Shown here: piece by piece, positions 48,246 to 59,887 of the stretch
How positions within the stretch are numbered: position 1 is the stretch's first letter
Layout of the letters: each line of letters opens with the position of its first letter
Source of the DNA: Terriglobia bacterium
GTDB lineage: Bacteria > Acidobacteriota > Terriglobia > Bryobacterales > Bryobacteraceae
Length of the DNA: 64,000 nt
NCBI GenBank assembly: GCA_963808335.1
Contig: CAWEFR010000005.1
Location: forward strand, 302,683-366,682
Direction of reading: 5' to 3'
Translations under genes and position numbers: made by a program
Notes under the pieces: generated by a model
Databases searched by the model: none
Told to the model about the DNA's origin: nothing
What the model saw: the letters and a program-made list of their open reading frames with translations, nothing else

Positions 48246-49235
48246 ATGACGACGCCGGACAACTATCATCGCCCAGACGAAGCCGCCCAAACTCAACAAG
48301 CACGACTCACCGATTGGACATGGGAGGGTGCAACGGTCGTAGAACTGACCGGGAAGGTTGCCGAGCTATTTCCCCACGTTCCTGTGTTCAGCCGCCACCC
48401 GTTCCGGGTCGGGAGCGAAGAGAACCGCTTCAAAGACGAAATTCGGCGGGAACCTCTGAAGATCACGGACGAACCCATTCCGGTGGCAACAGTGTCGAAG
48501 ACCTACTCCCTCATCCAACACAGGGACGTCCTTTCGTCGGTCTTTCGGGCGCTGAAGATGATCCACATCGACATTTCTGGCATCGACTCGTCGCTTCTTC
48601 TTTCGGAGTACGGGGAGCGGATGCAATGGAGTTGCGCCATCCCGAACATGGACTTCGATCCGGGAGATGGCTACCCTCTCGTGTTGCGGATCAACTGCCT
48701 AAATTCGGTTGACACGAGCACTGTCCTCGAAATCACCTTCAGTTGGTACCGGCTGATTTGCAGCAACGGGATGATGTTCGGACTCAAGGACAGCCGACTG
48801 CGACGACGGCACGTCCAATCTCTCGATCCGGAAGACATCGCCGCCTATCTGAAGGAACAACTCGATCAACTCCCGCAGGAGAAGAGCCTAGTTGCCGCTT
48901 GGCTCAAGACCACGGTGGAACCGCCATCACTGATCGGGTGGCTTGAAGAGAAAGTGGCGAAGGAATGGGGGCCGCACGCCGCTGCAAGAGTCTGGAACAT
49001 TATCAACGAAGGCTTCGACGGTGAGGTCGAACAGGCAAGAAATCTCAAGCCTCTTCAACTGCCCATCACGAGCACGAACGCAGTACCAGGAGCTTGTGCG
49101 CCAGTGCGGAATCTTTTCCATGTCAGCCAAGCGCTCAGTTGGATTGCCGGAACCCGCAACACGATACCCGAGAGGCTGGAGCATGTGAAGGCCATTCCAC
49201 GCTTGATGGAACCGCTCACGGAGGCGGCTGCATGA
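48246..49235 (+). CDS. DUF932 (phage/plasmid-like) protein
   Basis: VATVSKTYSLIQHRDV, PLVLRINCLNSVDTSTVLEI, WYRLICSNGMMFG...RRRH. Confidence 0.6.
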   Translation: MTTPDNYHRPDEAAQTQQARLTDWTWEGATVVELTGKVAELFPHVPVFSRHPFRVGSEENRFKDEIRREPLKITDEPIPVATVSKTYSLIQHRDVLSSVFRALKMIHIDISGIDSSLLLSEYGERMQWSCAIPNMDFDPGDGYPLVLRINCLNSVDTSTVLEITFSWYRLICSNGMMFGLKDSRLRRRHVQSLDPEDIAAYLKEQLDQLPQEKSLVAAWLKTTVEPPSLIGWLEEKVAKEWGPHAAARVWNIINEGFDGEVEQARNLKPLQLPITSTNAVPGACAPVRNLFHVSQALSWIAGTRNTIPERLEHVKAIPRLMEPLTEAAA

Positions 49236-49323
49236 GCCAGTTGAGTCCGACTCGTGCAGCAGTAGAGTTGGGCCCTTCATTGACAGTTGGCGTGTCGGTG
49301 ATGGGGGCCAACCGAAAGGACGC

Positions 49324-49814
49324 ATGACCAGCAAGTCCACCGACTCGGGCGTGATTCTAGCCCAACTTGAGCAAGCCATCGAACAGGCAGCAAGCCAGTA
49401 TTTTCGGCTCGTCATCTTGGCGGGTGCCGCCTGGCTCTGGGAAAACCGCCGCTTTGCAGTCCGTTGCGCAGAAGATCGGCTGCCAAGTAGTGAACGTCAA
49501 CCTGGAGTTGAGCAAGAAGATGCTCGAACTGACCCGCACCCAGCGGTCCCGGCAGGTCGAGCGGTTGCTGAAAGAAGTGATCGCCGCCGTTCCCGGCGAC
49601 GTCGTGCTGCTCGACAACCTGGAGATTCTGTTCGACACCGGCCTGGAGGTCGAACCGTTGCGTCTGCTTCAGGTGTCGAGCCGGAACCGCACCATCGTCG
49701 CCTCGTGGAGCGGCAGCTATCGCGACTGGGACACTGACCTACGCCGAACCCGGTCATCCTGAGTTTGTCCAGTTCAAGCAGTCCGAGGCAGTCGTCATTA
49801 CGGTCGGCACATAG
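49324..49814 (+). pseudogene. brxF: BREX type 3 P-loop protein BrxF; two frame breaks as assembled (~49425, ~49735)
   Basis: FRLVILAG / PPGSGKTAALQSVAQKIG..VNVNLELSKKMLELT...VVLLDNLEILF. Sits directly before brxC. Confidence 0.7.
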
Positions 49815-49842
49815 CGCCGACAACTGAGGGAGTCACGTCGCC

Positions 49843-52800
49843 ATGAAATACAGCGATCTGGTCAAGTTTCGAGCCAATCGAATCCGTCATCCAGCTTGAG
49901 CAGGCGGATTCACCCGCCGCCGTGCGGCAACTCGTTCAGACGTTCGTGATCTCGAAGCGCATGGCCGAGCAGTTGTGCGATCTGGTGATCCCCAACCTCC
50001 AGTTCGAGTCGCCCGCCGACAACAAGGGCGTCCTCATCGTCGGCAACTACGGCACAGGTAAGAGCCACTTGCTGTCGCTGATTTCCGGGCTTGGCCGAGT
50101 ATCCCGACATGGCCAAGGTCGTCAAGGACAAGGACGTGGCGAAGGCGGCGAAGGCGATCTCCGGGAAGTTCAAAGTCGTGCGGCTCGAACTCCCGGCCAC
50201 GAAGAAGAGCTTGCGCAACATCATCTGCGGCAGACTCGAAGACTTCATGTCGAACGAAGGGCTGACCTTCAGCTTCCCCGCCGACGATCAGGTGGACAGC
50301 AACAAGGACGACCTGTCCAACATGATGGCGCAGTTCAGCGAGAAGTATCCCGAACCACGGTCTGCTCCTGGTCGTGGACGAACTGCTCGACTACCTGCGC
50401 TCCCGCAAGCAGCACGATCTCATCCTCGACCTCGGCTTCCTGCGGGAAATCGGCGAGGTCTGCAAGCTGATCCGCTTCCGCTTCATCGCGGGCTTGCAGG
50501 AGAGCCTGTTCGACAACCCGAAGTTTCAGTTCGTCGCCGAGAGCCTGCGCCGGGTAAAGGATCGCTTCGAGCAGGTTCGCATCGTCCGGCAGGACGTGGC
50601 CTACGTCGTTTCCGAGCGGCTGCTGACCAAGAACGACGAGCAGAGGGCCAAGATTCGGGAACACCTTCAGAAGTTCACGCCGCTCTACGGCGGCATGGCC
50701 GAACGGCTGGAAGAGTTCGTGCGGCTGTTCCCGGTCCACCCGACATACCTGGAAGTCTTCGAGGCCATCTCCATCGCCGAGAAGCGGGAAGTGCTGAAGA
50801 CTCTGAGCGCCGAGATCAAACGCTGCCTCAACAGCGACGTGCCGCAGGACCAGCCCGGCCTCATCAGCTACGACTCGTATTGGGAGTTCCTTCAGGGCAA
50901 TGCCGTGCTGCGTTCGGTCCCGGAAATCCGGGAAGTGATCGACGTGAGCAAGGTCGTCGAGAACCGCATTCAGCAAGCCTTCACCCGCAAGGCGCTTCAG
51001 CCGATGGCAGAGCGCATCATCCACGGCCTGTCGATCCATCGGCTGACGACCGACGACATCCGGGCCAAGATCGGCCCGACCGCCGAAGAACTTCAGAACG
51101 GCCTGTGCCTGTTCGCTCCGATCCCGGAGAAGACCAGCGACTTCCTGCGCACGACCGTGGAAGCGTGCCTGAAGGAAGTGATGAAGACCGTGAGCGGCCA
51201 GTTCATCACGCACAACACCGACAACGACCAGTATTACCTCGACCTCCAAAAGACCATCGACCACGACGCCAAAATTCAGGACAAGGCCGACACGCTCTCC
51301 GATTCGCAACTGGACCAATACTACTTCGACGCCCTGACCCGTGTGCTGGAATGCGCCGACCAGCCACCTTACGTGCGTGGCTACCAGATTTGGGAACACG
51401 AGATCGAATGGCGAGAGCACAAGATCACACGCCGAGGATACCTGTTCTTCGGCGCACCGAACGAGCGATCCACGGCCCAACCGCCACGAGACTTCTACCT
51501 GTACTTCCTCCAGCCATTCGAGCCGCCACACTTCGAGGATCAGAAACTCGCCGATGAAGTGTTCTTCAAGCTGACCCACATGGACAAGCAGTTCCAGGAC
51601 ACGCTGCGCCTCTACGCTGGCGCTCGTGAAATGGCAGCGTCGGCCAGCAGCGGCACGAAGAAAGTCTATGAGGACAAGGCCGACGGGTTCCTCAAGACGC
51701 TCGTGGCGTGGCTGCGGACCAACATGCTGACTTCGTTCGATGTCATCCACCAGGGCGTTCCGAAGAAGATGGTGGAGTGGCTGAAGGGACACCGAACCGG
51801 CAACGCTGCCGTCCGTGAACTGTTGGAACTGACAGGCTCGGTCTGTCTGGCGGCTTCGTTCGAGGATCGCTACCCGGAGTACCCGAGCTTTCACGGTCAA
51901 CTCACCGCCAGCAACCTCAAGCAGCCGACAGAAGACGTGATCCGCTGGCTGGCCGGTGGCGTGAAGAACAATCTGGCGACCGCCGTTCTCGACGGCCTGG
52001 AACTGCTGGACGGCGACAAGCTGAAGCCGCACCAGTCCCGCTACGCCAAGGTGGTGCTGGAGAAGCTGGAAGGCAAGCCGCCCGGCCAGGTCGTCAACCG
52101 CAAGGAACTCATGACGGTCAAGAACGACGTGGAGCGGGAGACCCGGTACCAGCTTGAGCCGGAATTTCTGCTCGATCGTCCTGGCCTCGCTCGTGCAGAA
52201 CGGCAACATCACCCTGAGCTTGACTGGCAAGAAGCTCGACGCCGCCAATCTGAGTGAAGCCAGCAAGATGCCGCTGGATCAACTTCTGGCTTTCAAGCAC
52301 GTCGAGAAGCCCAAGGGCTTGCCGCTGGCCGAGTTGGTCGCCCTGTTCGAGTTGCTGGGGCTGGCCGAAGGGCTGATCCGCAACGAAAACACGCACGACG
52401 AAGCGGTAAAGCAACTTCGAGCCAAGGCCAACGAACTGACCGAGAAGGTCGTCACGGTCGCCCAGCACGTCCAGACCGGCTTGCCTTGCTGGGGTAGCGA
52501 ACTGATTCCCGCCGAGGACCGGGAGCAGCAGCGTCAGAAACTCGATGAACTGAAGGCGTTTCTGGAGGGACTGCAAGCGTTCAACACGCCCGGCAAGCTG
52601 AAGAATTTCTCCAAAAGCGTGCTGGAGATTCAGGTTCAAGCTGCCAACCTCGATCTCATCAAAGCAGACTCGAAGACCTGAACGGTCTGGTGCAGGAGTT
52701 GACGCCACTGACAGGCTACCTGGCGACCGCTGCTGCTGTGCTGCCGCCGCAAGACCCGTGGCGAACGCAGATGGACACGATGCGCAGCGAATGGCGTGCG

Positions 52801-53566
52801 AAGCTGATGGACCCCGCCGCCCGCAATGCCGCCGACTTCCGCCAGAAGATCAATCGGGCGCTCTCGAAGGTGAAGGACGACTACCGGACGGCGTACTTCA
52901 ATCTGCACAAGAAGGCTCGGCTGGGGGTCAACGAGGACGGCAAGAAAGAAGGAACTGCTGAAAGACCCGAGGCTGGAAAGCTTGAAGAAGCTGACCAGGT
53001 GTATCGCTGCTGCCGCATTCAACTCTCACTGAACTTCAGACCCGGCTGGCAAAGCTCCAACCGTGCTTCACGCTGGTCAAGGATGATCTGAACGCTTCGC
53101 CCATCTGTCCCCACTGCAACTTCCGACCGCAGGAAGAGAGTCGTGGGCGCCAGCGGAATGGCGGTCCTCCAGCAGATCGACCAGCAGCTAGACGGCCTGT
53201 TGGAGAACTGGACGCAAGACGCTGCTGGAGAACCTGGACGATCCCACCGCCAAGAAGAGCATCAAGCTGCTTGCCTGACGATCAGAAAGAAGCGGTCAAT
53301 GCCTTCCTCAAGGCGAAGGCACTCCCGGAGAAGATCAGCAACGATCTGGTCCAGGGGATGCAGACGGCGCTATCCGGCCTGATCGCCATCCCAATCCGCC
53401 CGACCGAACTGCTCGACGCCTTGAGCGATAGCGGCGCTCCTTCCACCGCCGATCAGATTCAGTCCCGGTTCGAGAAGTTCCTGCAGAAAGATCACACAGG
53501 GGCAAGGAACAATCGAAAGTCCGTCTGGTCATCGAACGTAGCGAGAATCCAGGAGGACAAGAGTGA
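49843..53566 (+). pseudogene. brxC: BREX type 3 large ATPase BrxC (DUF6079-like), about 10 frame breaks as assembled; 3' end inferred
   Basis: [22 protein letters not shown], Walker [16 protein letters not shown], Walker [13 protein letters not shown]. An intact 627-aa block spans 50374-52257. C-terminal CPHCNF motif. Confidence 0.7.
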
Positions 53567-56500
53567 CCACGCACCTGTCCACCCGCCTCGTCTGGCACGA
53601 CCGGGCTTGGGACGGTCACATCTGCGATCACCCCAGCAAGAACGCCTACTGCATTGTGCAGCAGCACATCCGGGATGGCCGAGATGACGACCAAGGAGGA
53701 CAAAGCGGCTGGTCTGGCTCTTGCGGAACTCAAAACATGGCAACCCCCGTGCTCCCGTGATCCCATTGCCTTCTCGTCTCGTGGCTACACGATCACGCAC
53801 AACGATCCGCTTGAATTCCGCCAGTTGCCTTCGGTAAAGGAAGACATACCGCCGTATTCGGTCTGCCCGTCGCCGTACCGCTGGCTGCGAGAGGAGAGCT
53901 TTCGCAGCATCTGCGAGGATGAAAAGCTCGACATCCGGGAATCGGACACGAAGGACAAAGAGTTCGGCTGGGTCTTTGAACCCGACCGGCAGATCGAACT
54001 GCTGCGCAACTTTTGGGGAAAGCTGGAGAAGAAGCAAGTCGCTGCTGTTCTTCTATTGCAACCACGGCAACCCGCTCGATGAAAGCCTGAACCGTATATT
54101 GCTCGGGGTCAGCCGCATTTCTCAAATCGGTCCTCAACTATTCTTCGGAAAGAAGCTCCCGAAGTTTCCCGACCAGTATCCGATCTGGTCCCGCTGCATT
54201 ACGCACGACTTCGAGAACCAGGGCTTCCGGTTGCCATACCACGAATATCTAAAGGCCGGCACGATCCGAAGAACATCCTTTGCCTTGTCCCGGAAGGGGC
54301 GATGCTGAACTTCTCCTACGTCGCCGAGCACGTTGGCGACGACATGGCAGTAGGCGCACTGGAGAGGTTGCTGCAATCGGTTCAGGCCGTCAAGGACGAG
54401 AACAAAGTCTCTGGTGATTGGGACCGGCATCTTCTTTGGCTGAACGATGTGCTGTCCGAGGTTTGGCAGAATCGTGGGCCATTCCCCGGCATCGGCAGCG
54501 TACTCCAGTACCTCGGCTGCGAATCGGGCACGGCGTTCCAGCGGGAGGTTCTGGTGCCCTTACTGAACAAAGGCGATGACGCATGGGAATACGTCAAGGC
54601 CATTCTGGAAGGTCGCCGCAAGTGTGAGCAGCAGCAGTATGCAAAGGCGCTGAAACAGGCAGGTGAACGCTGGATGGCTTACAAGGAGCCACGCCGCCGT
54701 CTGTTGTCGATGCTCGTTCGACTTGAACTGACGCCTCAACAGGTGGAGCGGGTCGCCAATCCCGACAAACGTTCAAATTCCGGCATCAGCGCCACGGACG
54801 AACAACTCGTCGCCAATCCCTACTTGCTTTCGGAGATGGACCAGGGCGACGGTGAATCCGACCTGATCGCTTTGGAAACGGTAGACAGGGCAATGCGACC
54901 CGAAGGTGCCGCGGCTCGATTCATCGACAAGGCCGACATCTGCGTTCAGGATGACCCTCGCAGAGTTCGTGGCGTGGCGGTCGCCGTACTTCAAGGAGCG
55001 GCGCAACAGGGCGACACTCTACTGCCGTTTGCCGAGACCATCAACCGCATCATCAAACGTTTTCCCGAACGCCGCACGTGTAGCCCTGACAAAGATTTGG
55101 TGCAGGGCCAAGCCAGCTTCTATCAGGAAGCTCTGGATTTCCGAGTGGATGGCAATCCGCCCACGATGGCGCTGAAGTGGCTTTCCGAACTGGAGCGTGA
55201 AGTCAGCAGCCGACTGCCCCGGCGAACGAAGGCCAAGAATCCAGCGCCCAAGGCCGGATGGAGTTGGGAGAAGCTGCTGCTGGACGAGTTCGGCAAGAAG
55301 TCCGGCTCCAAGTTGCCGCCCGAAGTGGAGGAACGGGCCAGGAAGGAGAAGGCGGAAGCTCTGGCCAAGCTCTACGAGGGCCGATTCAGCGTACTGTGCG
55401 GACGAGCCGGGACCGGCAAGACATCGGTGCTGAAGGTCTTCCTCAAAGGGCTGGAAGAGTTGGACGGCAAGCGCCCGATTCTGCTCCTGGCCCCGACCGG
55501 CAAGGCCCGTGTGCGCCTGATGGATCGGACAAAGCGGGACGACGGTAGCGTGCGGGATGCGTACACGATTCACCAGTTCCTGATGCGGCACAAGTGGCTC
55601 AACCCGGAGAACTTCGCCTTGAAGCTCCAGGGTGGCGAACAGCATGGCGCACCGACCGTCATCATCGACGAAGCCTCGATGATCCCGATGGACCTGCTCG
55701 GTGTTCTGTTCCGGGCATTGGACTTGAACAAGGTGAATCGTCTGATCCTCGTGGGCGACCCCAACCAACTCCCGCCCATCGGCCCCGGTCGTCCGCTCGT
55801 GGACATCATCGCCTGGCTCGAATCGGACGCTGGATCGAACGAAGTGCCTGGCGCGGCTGATGGAGCGTGCCAGACACGAAGACCATGACAGCCAGGCCCT
55901 TCAGCTTGCGGACGGCTATCTGCGGGACGACACTTCTCCCGGCGACGATGACATGCTTTCCCGTGTTGCCCGTGAGGACGTGGGCGGTGATCTGGAAGTT
56001 CGCTACTGGCGGGATGCGACCCAACTGGAAGAACAGCTTGCCGCTGCAATGCGGAAGCACCTGAAGTTGACCGACGACACGAAGGCATACATTCCATTCA
56101 ATGCCAGCCTCGGACTGCCTGAAGACGCCAAAAAGAACGACCCGGTTCAAGCGGAGACGTTGGCAGATTCTCAGCCCAGTGCGTAACCACGAGTTCGGAA
56201 CCACCGAGATCAATCGTAAGATTCAGGCGAAGTATCGGGGAGGAATGCTCACGACAGCAAAGAATCAGTGGAGCAAGGTCGTGAAGCCATTCGGCGAGCA
56301 GGAGATCGTCTGGACCGACAAGGTGATGCAGGCGATCAACTGCCGGAAGACCTCCTATCCGAAGGGTCAGGAGGGGACTGGATTACGTCGCCAATGGCGA
56401 GATCGGCCTCGTAGTGCAGACATCCAAAGGGAACGGCAAACCAGACTCGATCAAAGTCCAGTTCTCGACTCAACCGGCGTCGTCCTATTACTACTCCCGT

Positions 56501-57184
56501 TCCGATGTCGATGGCCAACTGGAACTTGCCTACGCCCTGACGGTCCACAAGTCGCAGGGCAGCGACTTCGACATCGTGTTCTTTGTCCTGCCGAAGAGCG
56601 CAAGCACCCTCTCACGGGAATTGCTGTACACCGGCCTGACCCGGTTTCGCAAGAAGATGGTGCTGCTGCTGGAGCGGGACACGACGGTTCTCGAAAAACT
56701 CCGCAATCCACAGTGCTCGGATACGCTGCTTCGGAACACGAATATGTTCGTTCTGGCGGTTCGCCCCGAATCGGTGGACCGCTACTATGCCGCTCATCTG
56801 ATTCACCGCACACGCCCATCGGCGCAACACCCGCAAGGGATTCTGGTCCGCTCGAAGTCGGAGGTAATCGTCGCCGACATCCTGACAAGCCTAGGAGTCA
56901 GTTACGAGTACGAGCAGAAGCTCCCCTCCAAGGACGACCCGAACGACTTCAAGCTGCCGGATTTCACAGCGAGCTACGAGGGCGACACGTTCTATTGGGA
57001 GCATCTGGGGATGCTGTCGGTGCCATCGTACCGGGAAGCGTGGGATCGCAAGCGGCAGTGGTACGAAGACAACGGGTACCTCGACCGGATCATCACGTCC
57101 GAGGACGGCGCTGACGGGAGCATCGACGCCGCCGAGATCGAGCGGATCGCACGCAAGAAGATTCTGATGGAAGGCTTGAACTAG
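53563..57184 (+). pseudogene. ~1,200-aa SF1 (RecD/AAA_30-type) helicase with an unassigned ~500-aa N-terminal region and a PD-(D/E)xK-like C-terminal module; about 6 frame breaks as assembled
   Basis: LCGRAGTGKTS, VIIDEASMIP, LILVGDPNQLPPIGPG, ALTVHKSQGSDFD, LYTGLTRF. C-terminus: SKSEVIVADIL...DFKLPDFT...FYWEHLG. Frame breaks near 53690, 54040, 54290, 55860, 56170 and 56390. Confidence 0.7.
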
Positions 57185-57195
57185 CGACGAGCGAT

Positions 57196-59884
57196 ATGGC
57201 AAACACAACGCAGACCAAAATGTTCGCTTCGGACCGGAACGTTGCCTCAGACCAGCCGGTCGAGTGCTTGGGAATCAAGTTCCCAAACGATGAGGCTCGT
57301 CGAGCCCACTTCCTTGAGAAGTTGCGGGAGAAACTGAAGGACCCTGCTTTTCGCAAGATCGACGGATTCCCCCGTGGAGAGGACGAGGACATTTTGGCCA
57401 TGTCAGACCCGCCGTATTATACGGCGTGCCCAAACCCCTTTCTTCACGACTTTCTGCTGGCGAACGGCAAGCCTTTCAGTCCGAACACTGACAAATACCA
57501 TCGAGAGCCATTTGCCGCCGATGTTTCAGAGGGCAAGAACGACCCGATCTATAACGCTCATAGCTACCACACAAAGGTCCCGCACAAGGCGATCATGCGG
57601 TACATTCTTCACTACACAGAACCGGGTGACGTTGTTTTGGATGGATTTTGTGGAACAGGTATGGCCGGAATTGCTGCACAACTCTGTGGCGACGCCAGCG
57701 TGGTCGGATCGCTTGGTTACAAGCGTTCTAAAGGCGATACCCTCCTGAATGAGAGTGGCACGCCTTTCTCCAAGCTCGGGGCCCGCCGAGCGGTCTTATC
57801 CGATTTGTCGCCAGTTGCCAGCTTCATCGCACACAACTACAACACGCCCTTAGATGTTCGGGCGTTCGAAAAAGCCGTTGCCTCATTCTTCGCAGAGATT
57901 GAAGTCGAGTTGTCGTGGATGTACACCACGAAGCATTCTGATGGGACCGCCTGTCGGATCAACTACGTTGTGTGGTCCGAAGTATTCTTGTGCCAAGACT
58001 GTGGAGCAGAGGTCGTCTTTTCGAAACAGGCGCTCAATGAAAAGACGGGGGAAGTGCTAAAAGAGTTCACCTGCCAGAAATGTAACGCCATCGTCTCCAA
58101 GCGCACGATGTCCCGAGTGTTCGAGACGTTTCTTGATCCGGTGAACCACACCACTGCGAAGCGGGTCAAGCGGCTTCCGTTGATTATCAACTACACATTC
58201 GGTGGGACGAAATTCGAAAAACAGCCAGACAAGTCTGATCTTGCCACCCTCGCAAAGATCGAAGCCTCGCCTGTCAACGGGTTCTTCCCCGCAGTTGAAA
58301 TGCCTTACATGTTCATCACTCATGTCAAGGACAGGATGGCGAATTTCGGCATTTCCCACTTTTCGCATTTTTTCCTTCCCCGATCTCTGCGCGCTCTGGC
58401 GACTATGTGGAGAGTCGCCAACAGATGTGAGGATGCCCGTGTTCGACATGCGCTGCTGTTCATGGTGGAACAGTGCAATTGGGGAATGTCGCTCTTCGCT
58501 CGATATGTTCCTACACACTTCTCCCAGGTTAACCAGTATTTGAGCGGCGTGTTCTACATCAGTTCCCAGATAGTGGACGTATCCCCGTGGTACATACTAG
58601 ATGGAAAGTCTCGGCGCCTGGGCAAGGTGTTTGCAGCGCTTCCTTCAAACGGCGGCGTCGTGACATCACTTCACTCGGGTACCGCGGCGCTGCTGCCGAG
58701 TCAATCCGTAGATTACATCTTTACCGATCCTCCGTTTGGCGAGAACTTGCAGTACTCCGAACTCAATTGGCTGACGGAAGAATTCTACAGGCTGAAGCCC
58801 AAGATTGAAACAGAAGCGGTAATCAATGCGGCGCAAAAGAAGGGGCTACTTGAGTATCAAGGTCTGATGGAGAAATGCTTCGAGCAGAACTACCGTGTTT
58901 TGAAACCGGGACGTTGGATGACCGTGGAGTTCCACAATTCCAGAAATGCCGTTTGGAACGCAATCCAAGAGGCGATGCAACGGGCTGGCTTCGTTGTGGC
59001 CGACGTTAGGGTCCTCGACAAACAACACAAAACATACAAACAGCAGGTTCAAGGCGTGGTGAAGGCGGATCTCATCATTTCGGCGTACAAGCCATCCTTA
59101 GAGCTTGAGGAGCGGTTCAAGATTGAGGCCGGAACCGAACAGGGTGTCTGGGATTTTCTTCAACACCACTTGCAACAGCTTCCCAGTTTTGTCGAAAACG
59201 GAGGACGAGCCGAGGTCATCGCCGAGCGCCAAGGGTACCTTCTGTTTGATCGTATGGTGGCATTTCATGTTCAGAGGGGAGTGGGAGTGTTCTTGTCCGC
59301 CCCGGAGTTTTACGCAGGGTTGCGTCAGCGGTATCCCGAGAGGGACGGCATGTACTTTCTGCCAGTTCAGGCAAATGAGTATGACCGCAAGCGTCTAGAA
59401 GTGGAGGAAATCGGCCAGTACGATCTTTTTGTCAGCGATGAAAAAAGTGCGATTCAATGGGTTCGTCGCCAGCTGTCGGAGACCCCGATGGACTATCAGC
59501 AATTGCAGCCAATGTACATGAAAGAAGCACAGCGAGTTTGGGAGAAACACGAACAACCATTGGAACTCAGAACGATCCTAGAGCAGAACTTTGTTGAGGG
59601 CAAGGACGGGACCTGGCATGTTCCTGATCCAAAAAAGGAAACTGATCTCGACCAACTTCGCAACCGAGCGTTGTTGAAGGAATTTCAGCAGTACCTGGAG
59701 GCGAAAGGCAAACTCAAGGTCGTCCGCACAGAGGCTCTTCGGGCGGGATTCAAGGACTGCTGGCAGAGGAAGAGACTTCACCACTATTGTTCAGATGGCA
59801 AAGCGTCTCCCGGAGACTGTGATTCAAGAAGACCAAGCGTTGCTGATGTACTTCGATAATGCGTCTCTGCTATCCGGTGAGTAG
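57196..59884 (+). pseudogene. pglX: BREX type 3 DNA methyltransferase PglXI; one frame break near 59775
   Basis: MSDPPYYTACPNPF, VVLDGFCGTGMAG, IFTDPPFGENLQYSELN. The 887-aa frame is intact up to the last ~35 codons. Confidence 0.85.
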
Positions 59885-59887
59885 GAC

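Noticed and set aside
50335-52266. 643-aa minus-strand ORF, the longest uninterrupted ORF in the BREX region.
   Set aside because: It mirrors the intact 627-aa brxC block on the plus strand. Its Leu/Val/Gln-rich sequence has no Walker or other motifs, whereas the plus strand carries the recognisable protein.
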